From assembly GCA_045106895.1 (NCBI GenBank), contig JBGCFM010000062.1:32001-96000 (forward strand): a stretch of 64,000 bases of DNA. Reading direction: 5' to 3'. The notes beneath the pieces were generated by a model. It was not told the DNA's origin, did no database searches, and saw only the letters and a list, made by a program, of their open reading frames with translations. This document shows positions 55,181-64,000 of this stretch, one piece after another (position 1 is the first letter of the stretch; each line of letters opens with the position of its first letter). A program made the position numbers and the translations under genes. The stretch comes from Polyangiales bacterium (GTDB taxonomy: Bacteria; Myxococcota_A; Polyangia; Polyangiales; Houyiibacteriaceae).

Positions 55181-55561
55181 CTAGGGCGTGCACTCACCTT
55201 TGGCGTCGCCGGTGATGCGGTGTCGCATGGACTCATGGTAGGCGGTCCAACGCTCGGCGATGTCGTCTGGAACATTGTGCGCGCCGAAGGCGTTCTTCAG
55301 AATCATGAGTCGCCGATCAAACTGGCCGCCCATGATTCGATGCGAGCCATGTGCACGCTCTAACGTTCGACCTTCGTATACGATGCCCGCGCCAAGGTGC
55401 TCGGCGGCGTGCTGGTACTCGAACTTCTTCACGCGCTCGCGCTTATTACGCGGGAAAAGAAAGCCGATCATCATGTCGTCAAAACAGCCGTCCACGAAGT
55501 CGTTGATGAGGGCGCGAAGGGGCGCTTCGCCGCCGAGGCGCTCAAAGTCTGTGGTGCTCAT
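55181..55561 (-). CDS. Group I truncated haemoglobin
   Basis: FERLGG, IGFLF, LGA..YEGR..ERAH proximal His, F-D motif; 126 aa. Confidence 0.85.
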   Translation of the reverse strand: MSTTDFERLGGEAPLRALINDFVDGCFDDMMIGFLFPRNKRERVKKFEYQHAAEHLGAGIVYEGRTLERAHGSHRIMGGQFDRRLMILKNAFGAHNVPDDIAERWTAYHESMRHRITGDAKGECTP

Positions 55562-55564
55562 TGT

Positions 55565-56425
55565 TCATTCACTTGTGACGGGCTCATCGAAGACAAACGC
55601 GCGCGTCGATTCAAAGACGAGTGTCGCCGAAAGCTGAGAGCAAGTATCGGAAGCCGGGTCGTATCCGAGGTCGACCCAGTTTGGGAGGAGGCTCTCAAGG
55701 ATTCCTGAGACTTGAATCTCTTGCATCATGTCCGCCTGGACCGCGAGGTCGACGACGTCCTGTCCGTCGATGGCGCCAGCGACCACACCGCTCCATTCGC
55801 CTTCCGGTGTCACCTCTGCGCGAATCTTCGCCCCATGGAGGCGAAGGTCGAAGAACACGTTGAAGAAGGCCATGGGCATGGTGAGTTCGAAAGGCTCTGT
55901 CTCCAGGGCGCCGTTGACGATGCTCGCGGGAACAAAGGTCGTCTCACTCTCCGTGTCGCGGTCAAAGGTCTGACCTGACACGATGAATCCGTCGCCGCCG
56001 ACATCTGGGCGACCGGTACCGAGGAACACCTCGAGCATCACGCTCTCGTCGTTCTCCCAGTCGTCGACGCCCGTAACGCCGAACATCATCAGCAAACGCC
56101 CTTCGTTGATGGTGCCCTGGATGATTCCCTCGACGGTTCCCGCCTGGAAGAAGCTCTCGACGAGTTCGAAGAGAAAGGCGAAGGCGTTGTCGACGCCACG
56201 CCGTCCGTCCGGCGCGATGAAGTCCTCTTGAAAGCAGGTCCCTTCTTCCATCATTTGGGTATCGACGCCGTCTAGATCGACGCCGACGCTGATGTCGGGG
56301 CCGTCTTCTACCTCCGCTTCGCGGGCCGCGAAGGTCACCTCGCGGGCGACGACCATGAGCTCGTCGCCACCGCCGACATCTGCCGCGCAAGCGCCAAGCA
56401 CGAAAAGAACGAGTAGGTTCTTCAT
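55565..56425 (-). CDS. Acidic hypothetical lipoprotein
   Basis: LGAC lipobox; GVDLDG...C..D..PDG..GVDN motif. Confidence 0.8.
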   Translation of the reverse strand: MKNLLVLFVLGACAADVGGGDELMVVAREVTFAAREAEVEDGPDISVGVDLDGVDTQMMEEGTCFQEDFIAPDGRRGVDNAFAFLFELVESFFQAGTVEGIIQGTINEGRLLMMFGVTGVDDWENDESVMLEVFLGTGRPDVGGDGFIVSGQTFDRDTESETTFVPASIVNGALETEPFELTMPMAFFNVFFDLRLHGAKIRAEVTPEGEWSGVVAGAIDGQDVVDLAVQADMMQEIQVSGILESLLPNWVDLGYDPASDTCSQLSATLVFESTRAFVFDEPVTSE

Positions 56426-57804
56426 GCCTCAAGCTCCGCGACGCTGTCGGTGACGAAGCCCTCTTCTTGCCCGATGTCCGCCAAAGGCAATCCCATGGCG
56501 CGAGCGATGGTCAGGTTGACGCGGGCCGCGTTGTCACCTTCGGAGCGATAGTGAAAGCCCGTCCGCATTCGTCCGCATCCACGGCCGAAGAGCAAAACAG
56601 GGAAGTCGTCCAGGCTGTGGAGCCTTGGGTTTGAGGCGTCCGTGGAGGCCAGGACGATGGAGTTATCGAGGAGGCTTCCGTCGCCTTCGGGGATGGCGCG
56701 AAACGCCTCCACGAAACGAGCAAGAGTGCCCGTGATGTACTTCACCACCTCGTTCGTTCGCCACATCTCTCCGCGCCCGGACCCGTCGTCGAGGGGCTCA
56801 TTGTGCGTGAGGTCATGGTGACCCCGAAGAACCCCATCCAGCTCGATGCCGTCGATGGGGAAGACCGCGTCCGCAACGGACGGCGAGAGCACGTGGGAGA
56901 CAATGCGCGTCTGGTCGCAAGCGAGCGCCATCGCAAGAAGCCCCGACATTGCTACGTTCACAGCATCGACGTCGGGTCGACCACGCTCATCGTCGGCAAA
57001 GGTCGCCGGGGGCGCGTCCGGAAGTGCGCAGGCTGCGTAGTTCGGCGGCTCATCTTCGAGGCGCGCGATACGAAGCTCTAGCTCGCGCACGTTGCTCAAA
57101 TGTTGGTCCATGCGCCGTCGATCTTCTGCACCAAGACGAGGGAGGAGCCGGCGTTGCTGTGTCATCACGGCGTCGAGAACACTGCGCCGGAGTGCCAGGG
57201 TTGGATCGATGACCGCGGTTTCTCCGGGAAGCCGAAAGCCCGCGCCAAAGAGTCGTTCGAAGAGCGCCGCAGGAGAGGACTCGGAGGGCAGATGTTGACC
57301 AGGGCCGGCCACGGAGATCGACCCTGCGTTGCTGAGCGCCGCCGTCTGCAAAGAACGGAAGCGAGTCTCGCCCCCCAGCTCCGCCGCCAAGAGCTGGTCG
57401 AGAGATGGCGCCTGCCAGCGCTCCACTTCGCCCATGACTTCCAGCGGCGCGCAGCTGAAGAAACCGGTACGCGCAGAGTGATGAGGAATACGCCCCGTAG
57501 TCTTCACGTCGAAGCCGCTCACCACGGTCATGTCGTCGCGGACCGACTCAAGAGGTGCGAGCTGCTCCGTGAGCTCGTAGTCCGCGCCCATCGTCGATGG
57601 CGTCCAGAACCACGGAAGCACGCCGTTGCCCCAGAAGAACTGGATGTAGCGACGTGGAAAAGCGCCGCCGTCCGCGTAGGCTGTGCCGTTTTCGTTGAGG
57701 AAGATCTCCAACATCGGGAGACCGACCGCGACGGTGGCTCCGCCGAGCATTCCGCGCAGCATGCTACGTCGATGAAGTCCGCGTGCTTTGGTGTGGCGAG
57801 TCAT
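56422..57804 (-). CDS. DUF1552 domain protein (Tat-exported)
   Basis: RRSMLRG..G..V.LPMLE Tat signal, SLDQ, RRSVLD, ALACDQTR, HHDLTH, SLLDNS. Confidence 0.9.
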   Translation of the reverse strand: MTRHTKARGLHRRSMLRGMLGGATVAVGLPMLEIFLNENGTAYADGGAFPRRYIQFFWGNGVLPWFWTPSTMGADYELTEQLAPLESVRDDMTVVSGFDVKTTGRIPHHSARTGFFSCAPLEVMGEVERWQAPSLDQLLAAELGGETRFRSLQTAALSNAGSISVAGPGQHLPSESSPAALFERLFGAGFRLPGETAVIDPTLALRRSVLDAVMTQQRRLLPRLGAEDRRRMDQHLSNVRELELRIARLEDEPPNYAACALPDAPPATFADDERGRPDVDAVNVAMSGLLAMALACDQTRIVSHVLSPSVADAVFPIDGIELDGVLRGHHDLTHNEPLDDGSGRGEMWRTNEVVKYITGTLARFVEAFRAIPEGDGSLLDNSIVLASTDASNPRLHSLDDFPVLLFGRGCGRMRTGFHYRSEGDNAARVNLTIARAMGLPLADIGQEEGFVTDSVAELEA

Positions 57805-59390
57805 GGGCGTGCCTCCGCGACGCGAGAAAAGGAATCGTGAAGCGCGACGGCGCGCATCAACTCAAGAATGCGATATCCGCTCTCCGCGAATCGCGACTCG
57901 ATCTCCACAATCGCCTCCTCTTCGAGGCCTGTGTTTCGGTGACCGTGGGCGTAGCGGTAGAAGTTCGCGGCGGCGCAGCGCATGGCCTCCTGGTCGTGCG
58001 CGAGTGCTTGGCCAAACTCCTCTGGGGTCTCGAAGTCCACGCCATCCACATCGCCGGAGGCGTCGATGAGCGCGCCGTTGTCATGGGTTCGGTAGCGGCC
58101 GATGGCGTCGAAGTTCTCGAGGCCGAGGCCGAGCGGGTCCATCCGCCGATGACACTGGGCGCAGCTGTCTTCTTCTAGGTGGCGCTGCACGCGGTCACGT
58201 AAGGTCGCTGCGCCAACGATGGGCTCGGGAATGGACGTGTCGACGTTGACCGGCGGCGCGGGGATCTCGCCGCAGAGCAATACTCGACGCACGAAGATGC
58301 CGCGGAGCGTCGCCGATGATGAAGCGACATGCGAGTTGAGCGCGAGGAAGCTGACGTGGCCGAGTATACCGCTGCGGCCGGACGACGGCGCATGCTCGTA
58401 GCGCGCAAAGCCCTCCCGCGCCGGTGCTTGAACACCATAGATCGACGCGAGCTTGCGGTTGAGGAACGTGGTTCGCGTGGTGAAGAGTTCACGATAGTCA
58501 CCTGAATCCTCAAAGGTCAGCCACTCGACAACACGGAGCGTTTCCTCCCGCGCCGACGGTCCAACCTCTGGGCTCATATGTGGGAAACTGAGCGGGTCCT
58601 TCCGAAGAGAAGTCAGCCCTTCGAGCTGAAGGACGTCGTCGAAAAGCGCACGCACGCCTGCGTGAGCCCGCGGCGCCGCGAGCATACGTTCAACTTGTCG
58701 CTCCAAAAAAATCGGATTGCTCAAGTCTCCACGAGACGCGACGTCGAGGAGCTCGTCGTCGGGGGCCGCGTTCCAGAGAAAGTAAGAGAGACGAGCGGCG
58801 TGCTCCCACGGAGTCAGGCGGTAGACTCCGCCCTCTGCGCGGGCCCCGATTTCGGAACGGTAAAGAAAGTGGGGGGAAAGCAGAAGCGCGGCAATGGCGT
58901 ACCGGAACCCTCCGCGAAAACTCCCTTCCACGACGGACGCCGCTCGGGCGATCTCACCGAGTTCGTCGAGTTCGCGGCCGGTCAAGGGACGACGCCACAG
59001 GCGACGGCCATTCACGCGAAGGTAGTCGCGCGCGCAGTCTGGGTCGTCGCACCCGATGTCGGTGGCGACCACTTGCTCCGCCACGACGTACGCGACGTCT
59101 TCGTACTGCTCGACGCCTCGGGCCGAGACCGTCGTCTCACCAGCGCCGATCGCCAGGAGACCACTGGCGCGTTCATCAGGCGCAAGAGCCCCGGAGACGC
59201 TGATCTCGTCGCCGAAGACGTCCTGCACCGCGGTGATGTATTGGTCCCGGGTTAAGCGTCGCATTCGCCCTTCGTCGGGGCTAAACGCTGCCAATTCGGG
59301 GCTTTCGATGGTCGTCGTGGGCTCGGCGATCTCGCCGTCGCAGCCCGTGGCGAGGACTAGAGCCATGGCGCATAGGGTTCGCAACCGCAT
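57801..59390 (-). CDS. DUF1592-family multidomain lipoprotein with CxxCH
   Basis: ATGC lipobox, RRLTRDQY, LLSPHFLYR, RLSYFLW..PD, RSGIL, LRG, CAQCH..MDPLG..LENFDAIG. Confidence 0.92.
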   Translation of the reverse strand: MRLRTLCAMALVLATGCDGEIAEPTTTIESPELAAFSPDEGRMRRLTRDQYITAVQDVFGDEISVSGALAPDERASGLLAIGAGETTVSARGVEQYEDVAYVVAEQVVATDIGCDDPDCARDYLRVNGRRLWRRPLTGRELDELGEIARAASVVEGSFRGGFRYAIAALLLSPHFLYRSEIGARAEGGVYRLTPWEHAARLSYFLWNAAPDDELLDVASRGDLSNPIFLERQVERMLAAPRAHAGVRALFDDVLQLEGLTSLRKDPLSFPHMSPEVGPSAREETLRVVEWLTFEDSGDYRELFTTRTTFLNRKLASIYGVQAPAREGFARYEHAPSSGRSGILGHVSFLALNSHVASSSATLRGIFVRRVLLCGEIPAPPVNVDTSIPEPIVGAATLRDRVQRHLEEDSCAQCHRRMDPLGLGLENFDAIGRYRTHDNGALIDASGDVDGVDFETPEEFGQALAHDQEAMRCAAANFYRYAHGHRNTGLEEEAIVEIESRFAESGYRILELMRAVALHDSFSRVAEARP

Positions 59391-59500
59391 AGGCCCCGTT
59401 ATACCACGGCATTTCGGGGTCGGCCCTTTCGCGGCGCCTTGGACTCCTCCAAGGGCGTTGAACCCACTTGGCACCCGCATTTCTGATAGGTTTTGCCGCT

Positions 59501-60937
59501 GTGAGTGACGACGACGCATGGGCAGAGGAACTTATCGGGTCGACACTCGTCGATCGCTATCGCGTCGATGAGGTCATCGGGCGTGGCGGGATGGGTGTCG
59601 TTCTCGCGGCCACACATCTGAAGCTGCAGCGCCCCGTCGCCATCAAGATGATGCACCCGATGCTCTCGCGTGACTCCACGATCATGCAGCGCTTTCACCA
59701 GGAGGCTCGCGCCGCGGCGAGCGTTGGATCGGATGGTGTCGTCGAGGTCAGTGATTTCGACGACGACCCAGAGCATGGCCCTTTCTTGGTCATGGAGCTT
59801 CTGCGCGGGGAGTCCCTCGTCGATGTGCTCAAAGATGGACGCGTCGAACCACCAAGAGCCATTTGGATCGTCGGACAACTCCTCGACGTGCTCCAGGCCG
59901 TTCACGCCAAGGGCATCATTCACCGAGACTTAAAGCCGCCAAATGTCTTTCTGCATCAAGACGAAGCGGGCGGCGAAGTCGTCAAGGTTGTGGACTTCGG
60001 TATCGCCAAAGTGCACGCACGTCACCTGACGATGACGGGTCAAATCGTCGGGACGCCGCGCTTCATGGCGCCGGAGCAAGCTCGCGGCGACGATGTCGAC
60101 CATCGCATCGACCTCTACGGCGCGGGCCTCCTCCTCTACTGCGCGCTGACTGGGCTTCCCCCCTATGCGACGGTGCCCGCACGAAAGGTGATCGAGCGTA
60201 TCAGTCAGGGCCCCCCCTCTCTGCGCACCTTGCGACCAGACCTCCCAGGCGCCCTCCTGGATGTCGTGGACAGAGCACTCGAGCCCGATCCTGAGAATCG
60301 CTTTCAAAGCGCGGAAGCGATGGCGGACGCCCTCCGAGCCGTGGACCTTGAGGGCCCGCCACCAAGAGATACGATCCGCTCCGATGCCCCACCGGTCTTC
60401 GCTCCAAAGAAGGCCGAGCCAACGTCCGAAGCCGGGGGGCTCGATGCAGCGAACTTGGCGGCCTCTTCACCGGGGGAACTCCACGAACCCAGCGAAGCCA
60501 TCGTTGTTCCTCAACGACACGGCTGGAAATACCTCGTGGTCCTAGCCGTCCTCGGCGGGCTCGGTGCCGGCGCGTTCTTCTACATAAAATCCCAAGAGTC
60601 GCTGTCGATCCGCGCGGCGCTAGAAAGCGAAGGAAGCTGCGGAGTCCCTCAAGGGGACGTGAGCATCCTGCCAACGACCACCGGTTTTCTCTTCGAAGAG
60701 CGGGACGCCGACAACCCCGAACGCCTCCACATCGAAGAGCGCGGCGACCTCTATCACGTCAGCGTCGGCGCCAGCACCGAAGGGTACGGAGACGAGGTTC
60801 GGCCAGGCACAGGTCCGCGCCACATCGAGGTGCGGGCGCTCTCCAGCGAGAGCGTCGACCTTCGTCTTCACCGTATTACGCTGGTCGGGCCCGAGGGCCC
60901 CTGCGTCATCACCGGCGAGATTCGTTCGACGCCTTAG
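59501..60937 (+). CDS. Transmembrane Ser/Thr protein kinase
   Basis: GRGGMGVV, VAIK, HRDLKPPN, DFG, GTPRFMAPE, one TM helix. Confidence 0.95.
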   Translation: MSDDDAWAEELIGSTLVDRYRVDEVIGRGGMGVVLAATHLKLQRPVAIKMMHPMLSRDSTIMQRFHQEARAAASVGSDGVVEVSDFDDDPEHGPFLVMELLRGESLVDVLKDGRVEPPRAIWIVGQLLDVLQAVHAKGIIHRDLKPPNVFLHQDEAGGEVVKVVDFGIAKVHARHLTMTGQIVGTPRFMAPEQARGDDVDHRIDLYGAGLLLYCALTGLPPYATVPARKVIERISQGPPSLRTLRPDLPGALLDVVDRALEPDPENRFQSAEAMADALRAVDLEGPPPRDTIRSDAPPVFAPKKAEPTSEAGGLDAANLAASSPGELHEPSEAIVVPQRHGWKYLVVLAVLGGLGAGAFFYIKSQESLSIRAALESEGSCGVPQGDVSILPTTTGFLFEERDADNPERLHIEERGDLYHVSVGASTEGYGDEVRPGTGPRHIEVRALSSESVDLRLHRITLVGPEGPCVITGEIRSTP

Positions 60938-60954
60938 GGCCTCTCCGCTCGCGC

Positions 60955-62280
60955 TCAGCCGCCCTGAACGCCGAAGATGAACGGATACTCCACGCTCACT
61001 TCGCCGCCGTCGGGCTCCGGGAAACGCCAGTTGCGAACCTGACGAGCGATGCAGCCCTCGACGCCGGCGTTGTTCATCGTGGAGCGTGCGACGCGGGACG
61101 AGGTCACGCGGCCCGCAAGGCTGATGCGCCACGCGACTTCGATGCGGCCTCGGAGGTTGGGTTGTCGCTGAACGGCGACCTCGTAGCAGTATCGAACAGC
61201 CGCCTGGTTCGCACGGACGACGCGGTTGATCTGCTCGGCGGAGAGGTAACCGTTCACGCGCGGTCGCCCACGCATCAAGGACACGGCAACCTCACGGTTC
61301 TTGCGCCCCCGTGCGCCAATACCGCCGGAGCCCATGCCTGTGCCGCCCATGCCCGCGCCGATGCCCGTTCCCACGCGACCCGCGCCATAGAGACTGCCTG
61401 GGCCCATGCCCCCGCCGCCCATGCCCGTGCCTCGCAGGCCTGCGCCGCCGGAACCACGCCCAAGGTCGGTACGTAGCGCACCCGTCCCGGCGAGAATGTC
61501 GCCGACCGTCGGCACATCGAGGGCCTGGTCGAGGGGATTGCCTTCACCACCGGAGAGCGCACCGAGAAGCCCCATCGTCTGCACGCGGGCAACGATCTCT
61601 TGGTCCACTTCGCCTTCGAACTCCGAATCCTCTTGCGGAGAGTCCTCGCGACCGACGCGACCTTCCTCGTTCTCTGCTCGCTCGCCGCCGGATTCTTCCC
61701 GCTGGCGAAGACCGGGGTCCTCCATGTCCGTCCCGCCGTCCTCTTCTTCGAAGAGCTCTTCGGGAGGTGTGACAAGGAAACGCGAGATCAGGTCCTCGTC
61801 CAGCTCAAAGGGGTCAGGGGCTTCACCGCGCCAGCGGTAGTCCATCACGCTGATGACGCCGACGACGGCGCACAAGAACGCCGCCAACATCACGCTCGCG
61901 GCGAGCACCCAGTCCAAGCGAAAGCCTTGACGCCTCGGAGCCAAGGCGCCTTTGACGGGCTGGAAGAAGATCGCCACGGTGCCAACGATGACCACTCCGT
62001 AGTCGTCGCGGCCAATGGGGATATTGCCCGAGAGGCGCGTGAGGTCGGTTCGCTTCCCGTCCACCCACATTTCGCCGGACATCCCGGTCTGGCCCGCATG
62101 GATCGCAAAGCCACCTTGATGCGGAACAAAGAGCTCAAGCGTCGCGAGCTCCACGCCGGCCGGCAGAGGATGAACGCCGTCTTCGCCAAAACGAACCGTC
62201 TCGCCGCTCTCGAACAGCTCTTCGAAGAGGATCGAGTTGTTCCAAACCAGAGCAACACGAAGAGGACGGCCGGTGTTCAC
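60955..62280 (-). CDS. GltG-like protein with AgmX/PglI (TonB-C-like) C-terminal domain
   Basis: Single TM, acidic and Gly/Met-rich linkers, IxRVV...RYCYE...P.L.G...CI....W.FP.P.GG...YPF. Start GTG 62280 (or 62304). Confidence 0.85.
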   Translation of the reverse strand: MNTGRPLRVALVWNNSILFEELFESGETVRFGEDGVHPLPAGVELATLELFVPHQGGFAIHAGQTGMSGEMWVDGKRTDLTRLSGNIPIGRDDYGVVIVGTVAIFFQPVKGALAPRRQGFRLDWVLAASVMLAAFLCAVVGVISVMDYRWRGEAPDPFELDEDLISRFLVTPPEELFEEEDGGTDMEDPGLRQREESGGERAENEEGRVGREDSPQEDSEFEGEVDQEIVARVQTMGLLGALSGGEGNPLDQALDVPTVGDILAGTGALRTDLGRGSGGAGLRGTGMGGGGMGPGSLYGAGRVGTGIGAGMGGTGMGSGGIGARGRKNREVAVSLMRGRPRVNGYLSAEQINRVVRANQAAVRYCYEVAVQRQPNLRGRIEVAWRISLAGRVTSSRVARSTMNNAGVEGCIARQVRNWRFPEPDGGEVSVEYPFIFGVQGG

Positions 62281-62371
62281 CCCTGGAGCATAACGCCTGG
62301 CCACTCTTCTCGATACTCTTTACGCCGCACATACACAGACGCACCTCCTACAGATCGGGGTGAAACCTTCG

Positions 62372-63385
62372 TCAGCTCCTGTCCTCACGGCGCCCATCGG
62401 CGTGTGAAGCGAAGCGCCCTGCGCCGCGAGGGTGCACCGGGTCATCCGAAGGCCACGGCCATCCGCCAAACTGGGTTCGTTGGTAGTCCATGAAGGCCCT
62501 TCGAATCTCCTCGGCGGTGTTCATCACAAATGGCCCGTGCTGAACGACGGGCTCTCCGATGGGTTTCCCCGCCAGCACCAAAAGCTCGCACCCTTCGGCA
62601 GACTCAAGAGGGAGCGCTCGCTGCGCAGCCACGACGACCATCGACGGCGCCGGGTAGTCCGTTCCTTCGATTCGCAAGCTCCCCTCGACGACGTAAACAC
62701 TTCTGCGAGTTTCCGGCGGAGCCGCGGGCACGACGTGCTTTGCGCCGGGCTCCATCGCTATCGTCCAAATCGCGAGGTTCGCGTCTGGACGGGAGGCCCA
62801 AGAATTCGGTGGTGGCGGTGGCGGCTTGGCGCCAGGAAGAGCGCCGGCGACAACGGTCGTCTTCGTCGTTAGGGCGGCTTCGTCCCGGCTGCTCAGCACC
62901 GGGATGTCCTCCCGCCAGAGCATCGTAAAATAGGGGTCCACCATCTTGTCGCTGGCGGGCAAGTTCAGCCAAATCTGAAAGAGCTCCGCCGGGTTGCCCT
63001 GCTCCTGCTTCAAGAGCGGGAACATCTCCGCGTGAACGATGCCCGCGCCAGCGGTCATCCACTGAGTGTCCCCTTCTCCAAAGCGCGCTGTAGCGCCGAG
63101 GGAATCGCTGTGGTCGATGTAGCCTTTTCGAGCGACGGTCACCGTCTCGAAGCCGCGGTGCGGGTGCTGCGGAAACCCCGGCACTGATTGACCGTGATAC
63201 ATACGAAAGCCGTCCTTGCCTTCGAAGTCCATTCCGATACGGCGCCCTACTCGCGCGGCCTTCGGTACGGCCATCGCGTCGTCGCCCGCGGGGAATGCAT
63301 CCACGTGATGGACACAGAAGAGGAAGGGGTCGAGGGTGGGCCATGGCGGCGGGCCCAAGCGCTGTGACTGCAGAACGATGGTCAT
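62372..63385 (-). CDS. Pirin family protein
   Basis: DPFLFCVHH, GFPQHPHRGFETVT, QWMTAG.GIVHAE, FQIWLNLP, GPFVMN. Confidence 0.95.
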   Translation of the reverse strand: MTIVLQSQRLGPPPWPTLDPFLFCVHHVDAFPAGDDAMAVPKAARVGRRIGMDFEGKDGFRMYHGQSVPGFPQHPHRGFETVTVARKGYIDHSDSLGATARFGEGDTQWMTAGAGIVHAEMFPLLKQEQGNPAELFQIWLNLPASDKMVDPYFTMLWREDIPVLSSRDEAALTTKTTVVAGALPGAKPPPPPPNSWASRPDANLAIWTIAMEPGAKHVVPAAPPETRRSVYVVEGSLRIEGTDYPAPSMVVVAAQRALPLESAEGCELLVLAGKPIGEPVVQHGPFVMNTAEEIRRAFMDYQRTQFGGWPWPSDDPVHPRGAGRFASHADGRREDRS

Positions 63386-63463
63386 CACGCGACTCTAGTG
63401 CCCGCGCTCCGTGGACGTAATCCCCGTCCGCGTCGAAGAGCGAGCCGACGGAAGCCCCCTAGC

Positions 63464-64000
63464 CTAGCAAGGCGCCTCCGGAGAACAGACCGCTCCCTCC
63501 GCAAAGCCCTTTGCTTGTTGCTCCTGTGATGCCTGGATGAGCACCTCAAGGATCTGGGCCGGCGGCTGGGCGCCGGAGAGTCCGAAGCGTTGGGCGACCA
63601 CGAAGAACGGAACTCCTCGAACGCCGATCTGAGCCGCGGTGGCTTGGTCCTCGCGGACAGCGCTGGCATACCTGTCGGACGAAAGCACCGCGCGAGCCTC
63701 AGCGGCCTCCAGGCCGACGTCTTGGGCGCAGCGAACGAGCGTCTCTGTGTCGCTCATCAGCGCCCCTTCGCAAAGGTACGCGGAGAAGAGTCGCTCTTTC
63801 AACGCATCCTGAACTCCGTGCTCCAGCGCAAAGTGGAGGAGTCGATGGGCATCGAAGGTGTTTCCTGCGCGGATCGATACGAAGTCGAAATCGAGCCCCT
63901 CCTTCTGCGCCGTGGCGCGCATCGAATCGATCATCGCCTGCGCTTCAGTTTCACTACGACCGTACTTACGAGCGAGTCGTTGCACGTAGCGAACGTCCTC
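63464..64000 (-). CDS. DsbA family oxidoreductase (FrnE-like), 5'-truncated by window edge
   Basis: NTFDAHRL, GVRGVPFF, LSGAQP; frame open to position 64000. Confidence 0.88.
   Translation of the reverse strand, partial: EDVRYVQRLARKYGRSETEAQAMIDSMRATAQKEGLDFDFVSIRAGNTFDAHRLLHFALEHGVQDALKERLFSAYLCEGALMSDTETLVRCAQDVGLEAAEARAVLSSDRYASAVREDQATAAQIGVRGVPFFVVAQRFGLSGAQPPAQILEVLIQASQEQQAKGFAEGAVCSPEAPC

Overview
GC-rich, gene-dense chromosomal segment from a myxobacterium (Myxococcota; the aglRQS-type motor, TIGR04552-type gene, MYXO-CTERM and Cys-rich repeat proteins point to Polyangiales/Sandaracinaceae-like, which is an inference). About 49 CDS. I saw no rRNA, tRNA, CRISPR array, prophage or transposase. 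Main blocks: (1) Lon protease coupled to a membrane gluzincin-TPR protein; (2) a four-gene unit centred on a TIGR04552-type protein carrying all RelA/SpoT synthetase motifs; (3) an eight-gene MoxR/DUF58/vWA/ABC-transporter operon joined by seven consecutive 4-nt overlaps; (4) cytochrome c and moaA; (5) a kinase-ATPase-TPR protein; (6) two back-to-back TolQ-TolR-TolR motor operons, one aglRQS-like with a structured leader; (7) a glycosyltransferase/AlkP-superfamily cluster; (8) two integrin-like FG-GAP surface proteins and a PAS hybrid kinase lacking a canonical start upstream of its PAS domain; (9) TPR-PrsW-RNA methylase; (10) DUF1592-DUF1552-lipoprotein-truncated haemoglobin; (11) a GltG-like TonB-C protein, pirin and a partial DsbA/FrnE. 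Non-coding signals include a CTAG-flanked palindromic MITE-like element and repeated -10 boxes 6-8 nt before start codons, suggesting leaderless mRNAs. Family calls come from motif recognition by eye; no database search was run.
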